A DNA stretch of 64,000 nucleotides from NCBI RefSeq assembly GCF_021028975.2, contig NC_059438.1, positions 26,040,001 to 26,104,000 on the forward strand, written 5' to 3'. Positions 1 to 16,462 of the stretch are shown here, one piece after another (within the stretch, counting starts at the first letter, position 1; every line of letters begins with the position of its first letter). The translations under genes were made by a program, and so were the position numbers. The stretch is from Sphaerodactylus townsendi (Eukaryota). The notes under the pieces are model-generated. The model was not told the origin of the DNA. It ran no database searches and saw only the letters and a program-made list of their open reading frames with translations.

Positions 1-320
1 CTTCCTCTTGCCCAGTAGAATTTAGGAATTTGCTTCATTTTTCTGCCTGCATAGCAGTTATTGACTTTAGTGTAGTACTGTTTAGTGTAGTACCTTGGAA
101 GTACCTTAAAATTGCCTTCTGTTGAAGTTATTAAAATTCATGCATGCCTTTAGAATAAGTGCAAATGTAGCCAGAGCATGTCGTGCTTTGCCTTGCATTA
201 GTTTAAATCAAAGGGCTACAGTGTGGCCTTCCGCAGCTAGAGGAAAGGATGTCTTGACCTTGTGGCTGCCTAAGGTGTGAGGACCTCCTCACGCACCTGT
301 GCCTGTCTGTGCTTTTCCAG

Positions 321-5331
<5,011 letters not shown>

Positions 5332-6238
5332 GCTCTGGCCCCACCCTCCTCACACCCCGCCTGTTTGATCGAAGGGACTCTGGGCAGGGCACTGTGACTC
5401 TGGGCCTCCCCCCTTCCCACTGCCCCACGCTGTGGGGAGCTGACGAGAGCCGCTGCTGCAGAGCAGGAGGACTTGCCTTTCTCACCTGGAAGCGTCACTC
5501 TTCAGACACCGGCTCTCTTTTCTGTTTTCACTGGGCTGCGGGGCCGTCCCTGCCTCTGAAGCCACGGAGAGGGAGAGGAGGGGCACGTGGCACCAGGGAG
5601 CAGCTGTCTTCTCTCCAGTGGGTGGGGTGGGGTGTGTGTGTGAGGTGGGCCTCGGGTTGGTTGGCTCCTTGCTAGCTGGGTTACTGTCTTCAGGCACTTT
5701 CATGTTGGAAACTTATTCCGAGGATGCTGATGATCCTTTTTCTTTGGGTCCCCTGATGTTGGGGGCCTTTTCTACGCTTGACTGCACACCCCACTAGGTA
5801 GGGTAGTGGCTTGGATCTCAGAAGGGGGCGAGTGTGGGTCGGCGGGGTCTGCTCTTCTGGACAAATCCTCCTTGGAGAAGTTGGGGCTGAAGGTGAGCAG
5901 GACCCCCCGAGCCTTGGCTGCTGTCCCACTCCCAACGGACCAGGGTGGACAAGATGGACGATTCCAGCCAATGGTTCTTCAGCGCGTCCCACTCCTGGAG
6001 TCTGGCCCTTCGTTGCCAGCTGTGGTAGGTGGGTGGGATGGAAATGCTTGTTGCTAGGTGAGGTGCTTAGAGATGGCGAGGGGGCACACCCTTTGCCTGC
6101 AGGAAGACTCATCGCCAGATTTCGCTGCACAGTCGCTTCCCCCCTTGGCCCTTTTCATTTCCTGTCTGAGTCCTGGATTCCATTTGAATTCGTTCTCCTC
6201 CTGGGACGTTTGTGTTGTATCTGTAATATTGGCACTGA

Positions 6239-6244
6239 AATAAA
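6239..6244 (+). terminator. Candidate AP1G1 polyadenylation signal
   Basis: AATAAA about 0.9 kb after the stop codon, preceded by a U-rich stretch. Confidence 0.55.
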
Positions 6245-6934
6245 GACCATGCGGTTGAACAAGACATCCTGCTTCCGGACTTGCAGGCCTGGGGTGCCCA
6301 AACTGCCCTTTCTGTGGGAGAGTGATCAGTGTCAGGGTGTGTGGGATGGCACCCTCCCACTCTCACAACAACCCTTTGAGGTAGGTTAGAATGAGAGAGG
6401 GGAACTGGCCTACCACAGTCCCCCAGTGAACGTGATGGCTGAGTGCACAACCTTTGCCCCCCCCCCACCTAAAAAATGGCTATGAATCCCTGAGGAAGGG
6501 AGACATTTTTACCACGGAGGGTTCGGTTCTTGAGGCCCGCATGGGATCACTTCCAGGGGCTGACTGGATGGCAGGGTTGGGTGTGTGAGAGAGCTCTTGC
6601 TTCTTAAAACAGTTGCCTTAAAATGAGGGCAGCTGGCTGGCTGAAGGGTCTGGGATTTTCCTGGGTTGGGCCTTCTCCAAGGCAGGGGCACCCCAACGGC
6701 AGGTGTTGGGCATGGCCTTACTTTCAGTGGAGGCATTTGGTAAAGAAGTCTTCACAGGGGAGGGTCAATTCCTGGCAATATCTCAGTAAGGAAAAAAAAG
6801 ATCAGGTGGTTGGCCTGAAAAAGGCCTTTCTGTGCTTGAGACACTACTGGGGAGCCTAAGCCACTTGGCCGCGTTGGGTTCTGGTTGCTGCATTTTTAAA
6901 AAATCCCACATAGTTGGGAAAAGTCCAGGAGGTT

Positions 6935-7285
6935 AGAGCATCTTCCCTTTTTCTCTTTCCTAAAATTCCATAACTCCGGGGTTAAAACCTCGCGAAGTTT
7001 CACGAGCAGCAGATTCCAGATGGACAAAAGGACAGGACTTCCTTATTCAAGGCATGATTAAATCATGAAATTCACTGCCAATGGATATAGTGATGACCAC
7101 AAGTGAAGATGACATTAAATAGGGATTTTAAGAGATGGTTGGAAGACTGTGGTGACTTAGAGGGAGCCTGTATATCTTGAGGAGGTCTCTGTGAAGCCCA
7201 GTGCTTGGAGGAAGCCCTGGGGAAGGCCTGGGCACCTGGGCAGACGGTCAGCTGCTGCGTGAAACAGACAGGAGCTGGCGGGGCT
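6935..7285 (+). mobile_element. Degraded CR1 LINE 3' fragment
   Basis: Resembles the CR1 3' end seen more intact at 46071-46569 (agattccagatggacaaaagg..., atgattaaa...gaaattcactgcca, gtgatgaccaca). Confidence 0.5.
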
Positions 7286-8153
7286 CCTCTGATCTTACTT
7301 GCGTTAGTCCTTCTCTTTTGCCTTTCTCCTAGGGTGGTTTGCATGCTGTGAATTGTAAAGTCTCCATAGGAGTGAAAAGAATCCATCCCATGGTTGAATT
7401 AAAAATTCAGACAGAGCTAAAGAAGAGCACAGGGGAGGGAGCTCGAGGGCAACCATCTGCACAGTTCTGGCTGGATCAGGCTGAGCATGCTCAGACCCCT
7501 CCGGCTCTGAGGCATCCCAGCCCTGCAGGGCCTGCCCACATCTCACCTGGGCTCCACGTCAAAGGAGATGAGCTCACTCAGATAATTTAGGAGGGGGGGG
7601 GGAGTACAGGCTTTGCCTGTAGCTGCCACAGCCCTTTCCGTTGCTCTCGCTGCCTGAACTGGAAAGTGGTGCTGAGCACTGCACTTGTGGAACTTTGGCC
7701 TCGGAGTGTCCCTTTCCCTCGGTGCCTCTGGGTGCAGACGTTGTTGGCACTGGGCCTGCAGGGCTGCTTTTTAAGGGTCGCAAATATTTTGAGGGCCCAG
7801 GCTGCAGCCTTCTGAAAGGCAGGGTGGAATCCTCTGCCAGCTCGTTCTCCTGCTGCATCAATTACCGGGTATCGTCATGGCATTCATGTAGCTTTTCTAC
7901 AGGACGTGGGAGCTCCGAAGAATCTGACTCAGGGAAGGGCAGAACAGGGGACGGCAGGCAGAACTTTCCTGGGATTTATTTTTGTCACTGTCGGCCTCAG
8001 GTGCCATACCTTTTTCAGGGAAATGATGATTGATGTGGGACTCAATATGCCACTTCCTCCTGGATCTTTTTTTGTAGAGGGAGGCTTCACCGGGGACTTC
8101 GTGATTGCCGCGCCCCCCCCCCCCCTTCTGATTCCTTTTAGGGCGCAACAATA

Positions 8154-8393
8154 GTCTCTAAGCACCAGCTTTGCCAAAAACACTGACGGTTGCAATGTTA
8201 GACACAGCACTTTGATCGAAGAGCACTGATAGTGCTCTGGAAGGCTATCGGCAGCACTTTCGCTTTTGGGGGGGGGGGCAAAAGCATAAGTGCCACTGAT
8301 AGCCTTCCAGAGCACTATCAGTGCTCTTCGATCAAAGTGCTGTGTCTAACATTGCAACCGTCAGTGTTTTTGGCAAAGCTGGTGCTTAGAGAC
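8154..8393. repeat. 240-bp palindrome with two perfectly complementary 96-bp arms and a poly-G loop
   Basis: 8154-8249 is the exact reverse complement of 8298-8393. Pairing continues imperfectly to a G10 loop at 8269-8278. Confidence 0.95.
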
Positions 8394-10212
8394 GATCCTC
8401 GTGCCCTTGGAGAAGCAGGTCCTCTTTGGCACAGAGAGTCACGCACGACTGGCTTCTGGCGGAGTGCACCAGCCCACACTCTTCCCCCCACCCTCAAAAA
8501 AAGGCATAAGCAGGGCTGCCTCTGGCCAGAGTGCTGTACTAGGATCCAGAAGGCCCAGGATCAGATCCCCACTGGGCCCTGGAAGCTTGCTAGGTGACCT
8601 TGAGCCAGGCACACAGACTCAATCTAATCTACCTCCCAGGTCTGTTGTGGAGGAGAGAACCATGCGAGCCACTGTGGGCCTTCATTGTGAGGGGGGAGGA
8701 AGGTGGAAAGTATAAGTGAAATAAATATGTTGGGCTTTTTTTTAAAAAAAGGTGTGTAAACACCAGGGTTTTCCTGTTGGGGGAGCTTCTGTGGACAACA
8801 AACAGCCCACTGATCCAAGTGGTGGATGCACAGAACAAGGTGACGAAGGTAAAAAGCGTTCTCAGCAGCATACTGGATCAGGCAAGAATGCTATTTGACA
8901 CAGTGGCTGACAAGATGCTCTGGGGAGGCCGTGAAGTCCAGTGTGAGCTGTTGGATGGAAATGTTGTTGTTCAGGCTCTACTGTTGATGTTTTCTTCACC
9001 ACCTAGAGGAAACCCACATACACACAGTGCATCTGCAGAAGTAGGCTCTGGTCCACAAAAGCGCCTGCTGGCATGAAAACTTTTTAGCCTGTAACATGTC
9101 CCAAGGTGGGAGGATGCTGCTTTCCCTCTGGCAAAGTGCCACCAGCCTTGGTGTTTGCGTGCTGGAAAAGATTGGCAGTTGTCCTCTTCTGCTGGGATTT
9201 GCAGACTTTTGTATGCGGGATTGAGGAGGCAGCTTGTTAAGCTTTTGGGGCAACTTTTTAAGCCCCTGTGGCATTACAGTGGCCCGCCCACCAGCATGTC
9301 AGGTTGTGAAAACTTTCCCAGTTCAATGTGTTGTTTGAGATGTTGCAGGCCTTTTGTGGTTTTACAGATGCTGGAAGAGGAGTGGTTTTTCTTTGGCTGC
9401 AAGGAGTGGTGACTTTTCACATGTTAAATAATTGCACGGAGATATTTACTGTGTCCCCTCTCAGTCTGCTGTGCCTTTTGTGCCTGCTCTGTGCATTCAC
9501 CCTGCAGAAGAAATCCTCCTGCACGTGACCACTAAGGCTGAATTAGATCCTCTCTTCCAATCTGCCTAAATCACCTGCTCAAGAAAGGTAACCTGAGGAG
9601 ACAGCCAGGGGACCCAGAGGAAGCAGTGCTTTTTCTCCCCCAAATGGCAATGTCCCATTCTCTCCCCTCCCAGCCCCTTGAGCTGGCACTCGGAAGAAAA
9701 AGGCCCGCACAGAAACAACAGGAGGGGCCTCTTGCCAGTGATGGGCAGGGCTGGGCCTTTATTTAGGTGTGTGTGCTTTGCTTTTCTCCCCGGCCACTGG
9801 CATCACACTGCCTCTTTCTGTCGTCTGGCCTTTGAGTCACTGCAGCACAAGGCCTTGTGAGCCTCTCCAAACACACCCTTTGGTGTGTGGTGACCCTCAA
9901 GGGTCCTCGTGCCTTTCCCTAAGCGGTTGGTCTTGTGCACACTCACAGCTGTTCTCTAAGGGCCAAGGAGATGGACAAAGGAGATTGGAGAAAACAGGGG
10001 GCACTCCTTCAGCGAGCGAGTCCGAAATCCGGACTGTCCGTGCAGGAGCTCTTCTCCATGTCCTGTTTCTGTGGCTCCAGAGGCGTGCGTTCCCTACCGA
10101 AGATGGCCGTCTCTGTGGAACCACCCTTGTCTTGGAAGGGGAACTCAGCAGCAGCCTGTGAGCGGACTGGAGTGGGGGTTCGAAATCAAGTCACTCACCT
10201 GTGGAGCTAGAC

Positions 10213-10451
10213 CAGACCTGGGCATTATACGGCCCGCGGGCCACATGCGGCCCGCCGGATGACCCTGACTGGCCCCCCTGCTGTGCTGGGAAGCGAGACA
10301 CCTTTGAAAGCCCCGCAGAAGCCAGTTGCCTTGGCTGCCGGCTTCTGCGGGGCTTTCAAAAGCGCCTCGCCCCCCTGCCTTTTGGCCTGGCCCTCCACAA
10401 TATTTTCTGTTTCTTATGCGGCCCCATGGAAAAAATAATTGCCCACCCCTG
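10213..10451. mobile_element. hAT (Charlie-like) MITE
   Basis: Termini CAGACCTGGGCA...TGCCCACCCCTG, typical cggcccgcgggccacatgcggccc subterminal motif, 8-bp TSD AGCTAGAC / AGCTGGAC (1 mismatch). Confidence 0.75.
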
Positions 10452-10523
10452 AGCTGGACAGTAGTTGGCTAATTGGCTGGTTTTGAGCACACTGTCTGCC
10501 AAGAACCTGGCTGAGATAGTAAT

Positions 10524-10529
10524 TTTATT
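10524..10529 (-). terminator. Candidate MARVELD3 polyadenylation signal
   Basis: AATAAA on the minus strand about 350 nt after the MARVELD3 stop. Confidence 0.55.
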
Positions 10530-10599
10530 GCTAGGCGCAATGCAGAGTACTGTATTTTTCCGTACAGGTATATATGATGTACAGAGGAAAGCTGCGTGA

Positions 10600-12180
10600 T
10601 GCCCGTTACCTCGCCCCCCTGGCAGGGTTGAGGCGATGTGCCTCCCCTGCCCCCCACAAAACCGTCGGCAGCCGGAAAGGGAGGGGCGTTTCCCTATAAA
10701 TGGGCCTTCCGCCTGGAAGCAGGGCCAGCAGGACGCCGCCACAGGCGCTGGCATCGCGAGTCCAAAGCAGGGAGCTCGACGCCAGGACAGCGCAATGCTC
10801 TGCGGGGGGCGGGGGCCGTCCCGTCCAGCTGACCGCACGTGCTCCCTCCCTCCCTCCCGCCCCGCCGCAGGCCGGCGCTAGAGGTCGTCGAGGCGCTTGG
10901 CTGGGAGCCGCTGCTGCGCGACCAGGGCGCGGAAGGCGCGGAGGGCCAGGACGGCGCTGGCGCAGCAGGCGAGGGCGGCCCCTCCGGCGAGCAGCCCCGC
11001 CGCCACCTCGGCCCCGTGCAGGCGGCAGTCGAAGCCGGCGTGGCCCTTGCTGCGGTAGAGGCGCTGGCGCTCCTGGCACAGCGGGGAGGCGTAGGCCTCG
11101 CCCAGGTGCCCGTAGTAGAAGAGCAGGGCCGGCACCAGGGCCAGCGCGGCGGCCGCGTCCAGGCAGGCTTCGGGCAGCAGCAGCCAGGCCGGGCAGCGCC
11201 CCAGGAGCCCCGCCGCTGCCAGACCCAGGCCGGCCCAGGCCAGCAGCGCGCCGCCCACCGCCATGGCGCCCTGGGCCGGGGGCCGCTGCAGCCGGTGGAG
11301 CTCGGCGTCCAGCCGCTGCGCCTTGGCCCCGTCCGCCCCGTCGGCGAAGCCGCTGTAGGCGCCTCCGTAGGGGTAGTAGTACGCGCTGCCCAGGCTGAAG
11401 AGGCCCGTGTAGCCGCCGGGCCCGCCGAAGGAGACGGAGCCGCAGGCGATCAGCAGCACGCCCAGCAGGCCCTGGATCAGCCGGCAGCACCCTGGGGGGA
11501 GGGGGAGGGGGCCGTCAGTCGAGCCCTTCTTCGGTGCGCGGCCCGGCCAGGAGGGCTCCCGCTCAGCCCCCTCCCGCAGGCTGGCGGTCCGGAGGGCCCA
11601 GCTCCAACCCCCGCCCGGCCACCGCAGGTCCGGCTGGCAGTCACCCAGCAGCCGGAGCGCCTGGCCAGCCGGCCTCTGCCCTTTCCGAGACCGGCGAGGG
11701 GCGGGAGCAAAGGCCACCCCGGTTCCCCGCCGGCCCCCGCGAGCTGGAACCGCCCCCTGGCCGCAGCCGTCCACCCTCGGTCGTCGCCCCGCCGCCTCTC
11801 ACCTCGGGCCGTGCACAGCCAGCCGCAGCGCGCACGGCTCAGGAGCGGCTCGTCCGAAGGGGCGGCCCGACTGCAAGGAACGAGAAGTGCGCGGGTCAAG
11901 GCCGGGCCAGGCGAAGGGGGCCGCGCGTGGCCGCCCCCCAATCCTCCCCCCAACCCAACCCAACCCACCTGACCGCCCGGGCCTCGGCCATGAGGGGCGC
12001 CCTTCGAGCGGCGGAAGGGCCGGGGCGGAGTCGCACTTCGTACCTGCTTCCCGGGGCGTCATCCGCCCGAGCTTGCGCCGGCCACCTGGGCTGGGAGGAG
12101 GGCTGGGAAGGCGGCGCCCGTCTCACTCAAGGTCCGTCTGGGGGGTGCGCGGCGGCTGCGAGGCCGTGGACCCGTATTTT
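10600..12180. promoter_or_regulatory. CpG island covering the whole MARVELD3 gene and its promoter
   Basis: Very high GC and dense CpG, with a GC box (ggggcggag) near 12022. Confidence 0.8.
10878..11991 (-). CDS. MARVELD3: MARVEL domain-containing protein 3 (tight junction), predicted 234 aa
   Basis: Exons 11991-11969 (ATG...GTC AG|gtgggt), 11870-11803 (…RARCGWLCTAR, compare human HKCKYLCTGR) and 11491-10878 (GCCRLIQGLLGVLLIACGSVSF..GGYTG..YYYPYGGAYSGF..CQERQRLYRSKG..C.LHGAE). Phases 2/1 match; total 705 nt. The first-exon assignment is less certain than exons 2-3. Confidence 0.9.
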
Positions 12181-13937
12181 GTCAAAACAGTGGGATCAGA
12201 GGGCCTTAAACCTTATAACTGCTCTGTCCAGGATCTTGAGATGTATTCAGCAAAAAAATCTGTTCAAGATATACTAGACACCTCTCCAAATTTTTAGCAA
12301 AGGAATGAGTACAGTTTCTAAAGTGTACCAAAGCAGCACCCCCTGGTTCTTTGAAGTACCTTTTCCATTACTGATCCTCTCCCTGTCCTAATTCTTCTCT
12401 CCCCTCCCTCCCCCCCCCAAAAAAAAGGCCAGTTTTCACAATTCTTCCCCGTTATTGGCAAAGAAAAGCCTGTGGAGGTTGGGGTTTTATTTGAGATCAA
12501 ATAATAGTGGTAATAATATTATTATGTTCTGGGAAAGACACGAGCTGCAATTCCAACTAGGGAAGAGAAAGGGGAGAAAAAAGAGAGAGTGAAGGATGAA
12601 AAGAAAGAAAGAGATAAATGAAAAGAGAAAAGGAAGATAAATTAAAAAGTGGAGGGAAATCAACTGTGCAAAACATCAGGGCAACCAACAGCAAAACCAG
12701 CCAACTGCCTTCAAGGGGCCCCTCAAAGAAACAAGGAATCTATCATCCTTTCCCTGCACACAATCAGCCAGCTTTAAGTAAACTTATCACACCATTAAGA
12801 AAGAGGCAGTGCTCTGGGCCACCTTTTGCGTCAGGGATGGGGATTAACTCAAAAGGTCAGCAACTGAATCTCGGAATTGTATCACAAGCTACACCCGTTC
12901 TCACACAGCTGCAAACTGATCAGCCAAGGGTTCAACAGAACCCTCTTCCCCATTCGTGTGCATGTACCTCACCCTTGCACATTTCCTTTGTGTTAATCTC
13001 TGACCAGATGCGTGGACTTGGAACTTGAGTACTGGATGAAAGGGATAGTCCACACGCATTGGCCTCTCGTGTACGTGTGCGCACAGGAGGAGAGAGGGAC
13101 AGGGCTCTGTTAACCTCAAGCAAAGCCATCTGTATGTGTTTATGTGACGGGTGGATGGATCATGCTACTAACATGCACACACCTCCAAGATCCTTTCGTT
13201 AAAATTCTGTTTTAATGGACTTCAACCCTCATTAACATCGGAAGACAAACACATGAGACATCATAGCACTTACAAGGCCATGTGACAGGCCTCACACCAG
13301 TAATTATGTCAACATGGGGTGCCACAATGCAACATACATTGTGTGATCAACGTCCAAAGCAAAATGACACCCTTTGAAGGCGTCAGGGTGTAATTCTGCT
13401 TAGAATTGCCCTGTCAGTGATTCTCCAGCAGGAAGGAGAGGAAGAAAGAGGGATTGGTAAAAAGAGAGAAAGAGGGAGAGAAAGACCCCAGCAGAGACAC
13501 ACTCAGTCCTGCCCCTACGCAGAGGAGAACTGGCGCTTTCCTTCTCCCCCAGCCCCCACTCACCAGCTCTGCCCTCACCCAGCAGGGGGCTGACTCTCAG
13601 CAGGAGGAGGAGGAGGTGCCCCCTGACCACTTGCCAGAATCCCGCCTCAGCACCAGACTGCACCATCCCATGCCTCCATCAGCCAGGCCGGCAGCATCTG
13701 ACAGAGTATGCCCTTGCTCCCTTGCCCAACACAAGGGCCGTGCTCCTGCCACCTTCTTGGCCTGTGGAAAGGGACGGTCTGTGGCCCAGTGCACCTCGTA
13801 CATCCCTGGGGGGTTGCCACCCATGGGCATAAGGAGAGGGCAGGTGCTCAAACACACTCCCCATGTGATCAAGCCAAGTGGCGCCAGGGGCTCAAGCACC
13901 CTCTGCCCCCCTTCACTACTCATTTAAATTTTGTATC

Positions 13938-14335
13938 ATTGTATTGCCGAAGACTTTCACGGCTGGATTCAACTGGTTGTGGTGGGTTTTCCGAGCTGTG
14001 TGGCCGTGGTCTGGTGGATCTTGTTCCTAACTGCAGGGAATGCAAATGCGAATCACTCCCTGGGCTGAAAAGCCCCACCTGCGATACTATTCTATCAACC
14101 ACACCTTTGCATAGCCAGTTCCACCCAAATTTACTGATTGGTTCCCCACTTGGGGACATGACAACTTTATACCCCACTAAAACATTCCCATTCTCACTGG
14201 ACACCGTGTGTAGCAGACTTCCCTCTGTGATACACCTCTGAAGAGGCCAGCCACAGATGCAGGCGAAACGTTAGGAACAAGATCCACTAGACCACGGCCC
14301 CACAGCCTGGAAAACCCACCACAACCAGTTGAATC
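13938..14335. mobile_element. Penelope-like element fragment with inverted terminal arrangement and hammerhead motif
   Basis: 13966-14030 is the reverse complement of 14271-14335 (imperfect). Same family as 51762-51937 and 63385-63575. Contains CTGAAGA...GAAACGTT. Confidence 0.75.
14235..14275 (+). ncRNA. Minimal type I hammerhead ribozyme motif (Penelope-associated)
   Basis: cct-CTGAAGA-g-GCC(agccacagatgca)GGC-GAAAC-GTT-agg: conserved core boxes, 3-bp helix II, palindromic ACGT helix III and cct/agg helix I. Confidence 0.6.
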
Positions 14336-14689
14336 ATTGATTTTTGAGGATGCTTATTTTAAACTCCGTCTCTCTCTGAGGCTAACCAGTGGTCAATTAA
14401 AATGGACCCTCCGTGCCATTACCAGAGTGAAAAGACTTGCATACAGCACTGGAAGATAAAATCCCAGCTCTTACCTCAATTAATTGAGGACTTTAGAACT
14501 CTATCAGTATTTGAATAAATAGAATATAGATTGCACATAGACTTGCTTTTAGACATTTGGAAACCATTTATAGGAATTTATATCTAGATCCATTACCACT
14601 GTTATTCTATTTTTGGTTTACGTATATTCTTCTTAAGTTTCTTCTTTGTTTCCTTTCTGTTCTTTTTTGAAAGAAACAAAAATTTTTAA

Positions 14690-14870
14690 AGAAGTCTTGC
14701 AAACTGAGGGTCATGACTTGCTTGACTGATTCAGTCCATCTTATTTTCTACTGCCTTCTAATTTTCCCGTGTATTATTCTCCCATTATTGTCTTCTCATC
14801 ATGTGACCAAGTACTGACAGCCTCAATTGAGTCCGTGTAGCTTCTAGAGAGAGTTCAGACTTGAGCTTTG
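14690..14870 (-). mobile_element. RTE/BovB-type LINE 3' fragment
   Basis: Minus-strand translation ELSLEATRTQLRLSVLGHMMRRQ resembles the RTE ORF C-terminus (SLEA..LKL.L.YFGHIMRR). Confidence 0.6.
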
Positions 14871-15015
14871 CAGGAACCACACCTAGTGTATCCCTGACAA
14901 GCAGGTATCCTGCCGTTACATGAAGAAACCGCTGCTTCCCCAGTGTTGAGCACACCTCTCTGTTAGGAAGTTCTTCCTCAAATTTAGTCAAAACCTCCTT
15001 TGCTGTAGTTTATAC

Positions 15016-15308
15016 TAGGCTGATCAGCCGTCCCGCTTTTGGTGGGACCGGCCCGCCTTTGGACAATTTGTCCCGCGTCCCGCGGGTTCTACAAATTGTC
15101 CCGATTGTGGGGAGGCTGCTGCACTGCCTTGGGGGCACAAGGCAGTGCGGCAGCCTCCCGTGCGCCCGGCCGCAGGAGCGCATGGCCTTCTGGGGCTTGC
15201 GGTTTGCCACTCTGTCACAGGGCGGCAAACAGCGAGCCCCAGAAGCCTGTGCGCTGCTGTGGCCGCCTCCCCGTCCCGGATCACAAAGGTGACCATCTGG
15301 TCACCTTA
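15016..15308. mobile_element. hAT MITE (TAGGGTGACCA-type termini)
   Basis: Termini TAGGCTGATCAG...CTGGTCACCTTA, repeated GTCCCG motifs, internal hairpin and a perfect 8-bp TSD GTTTATAC (15008-15015, 15309-15316). Confidence 0.85.
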
Positions 15309-15860
15309 GTTTATACCCATCAGCCCAAATTGTCCCATCCAACACAACTGGAAGCATCTGCCACATTTTCCACAAGCCGCCCCTTCAGGTGTCCAGAAAG
15401 GACTATCGTGCCTTTACTCAGAGGAGTTAAAAGGGTTTTTCTGCCAAAGTGAAAGTTTTCCTACAGCTAAATTGGTGGGACTCTGTGCATCCGTACAATG
15501 TTAACCACCCGTTCTTTTTTCCTTTGAACACAGATGTTGTTGGACTTGCCAGAATCTTTGAAACAGCTGCTGGAGAGAACCTTAATGGAGCCCAGCCCCT
15601 GGCTCTGCAGACGTGGCACGATCCCCACACAAGCATGTCGTCATGTTTTAACACAAGCGCTGCTTTGGGAGTGTTGTCTCTTTTACTTAGAAGAATGTTA
15701 TGGGGCCTCTGCCTAAGGCAGCTTACAATTTTTGAAAAATTAAATACATTAATTAAAATCCAGAATTACCAAAGCAAAACAAAAAACTCCAGCCTAACGT
15801 AAAAGCACAGACCATGAAAGCACAGACCATGGCCCATGTCTATGCTGATGGCATTGCTGC

Positions 15861-15980
15861 AAATTTTATACTGGAAATTAGTAATTTTAACTGTATTTCT
15901 TAACCTTGTTTTGTTTTAAAATTTTGTCCTGTTTTATATGCCAATAAAGGCTTGTGTGTGTGTGAACACACAAGGGAAGG
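15861..15980 (+). mobile_element. Short 5'-truncated LINE tail flanked by an 18-bp direct repeat
   Basis: TGCTGATGGCATTGCTGC at 15843-15860 and 15981-15998 flanks an AT-rich piece ending ATGCCAATAAAGGCTT(GT)n. Confidence 0.55.
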
Positions 15981-16418
15981 TGCTGATGGCATTGCTGCTA
16001 TCCACTTGGTAAAATAAGGTTTGCAAGTAAGAGCCAAAATTGGGGTGACACAGAGGACCGAGCTCTGGAAGCCTATAATACTGATGGGAACAGAAAAAGT
16101 TTACTGGGGGTGGGAGATAGGTGGGTTTTTTGGAGCGGGTGGGTGGGTGGGTGGACTCATCAAGGCTGTGGTGCCATACTGTTCTGTGGGGTAACAGACG
16201 GTCATCGTTTGGAGATCTGCTGTAATTCCAGCAGAAGTCCAGGTCCCACCTGGGCCCTGACCATTGTAACTGAGTGGCAGTACTGGATGGGTCCCTCCAG
16301 GCTGGTTCTCTCTAAGGTCTGGGCCCCTCTGGTTTATTGAGGAGGGAGTCAGAAAGGAAAGCCTTATTTCTCTTGCCTTCAGTTCTAGTCTTGGCAAGCC
16401 CTGGGGCCCAGCTGCTCT

Positions 16419-16462
16419 TCCCCTCCCCTCCCCTCCCCTCCCCTCCCCTCCCCTCCCCTCCC
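16419..16462. repeat. (CCCCT)n microsatellite
   Basis: About 8 tandem pentamers. Confidence 0.9.

Noticed and set aside
10606-12297. Long overlapping ORFs (up to 377 aa) on both strands
   Set aside because: Stop-poor shadows of the extremely GC-rich MARVELD3 island with low-complexity Arg/Pro/Gly translations.
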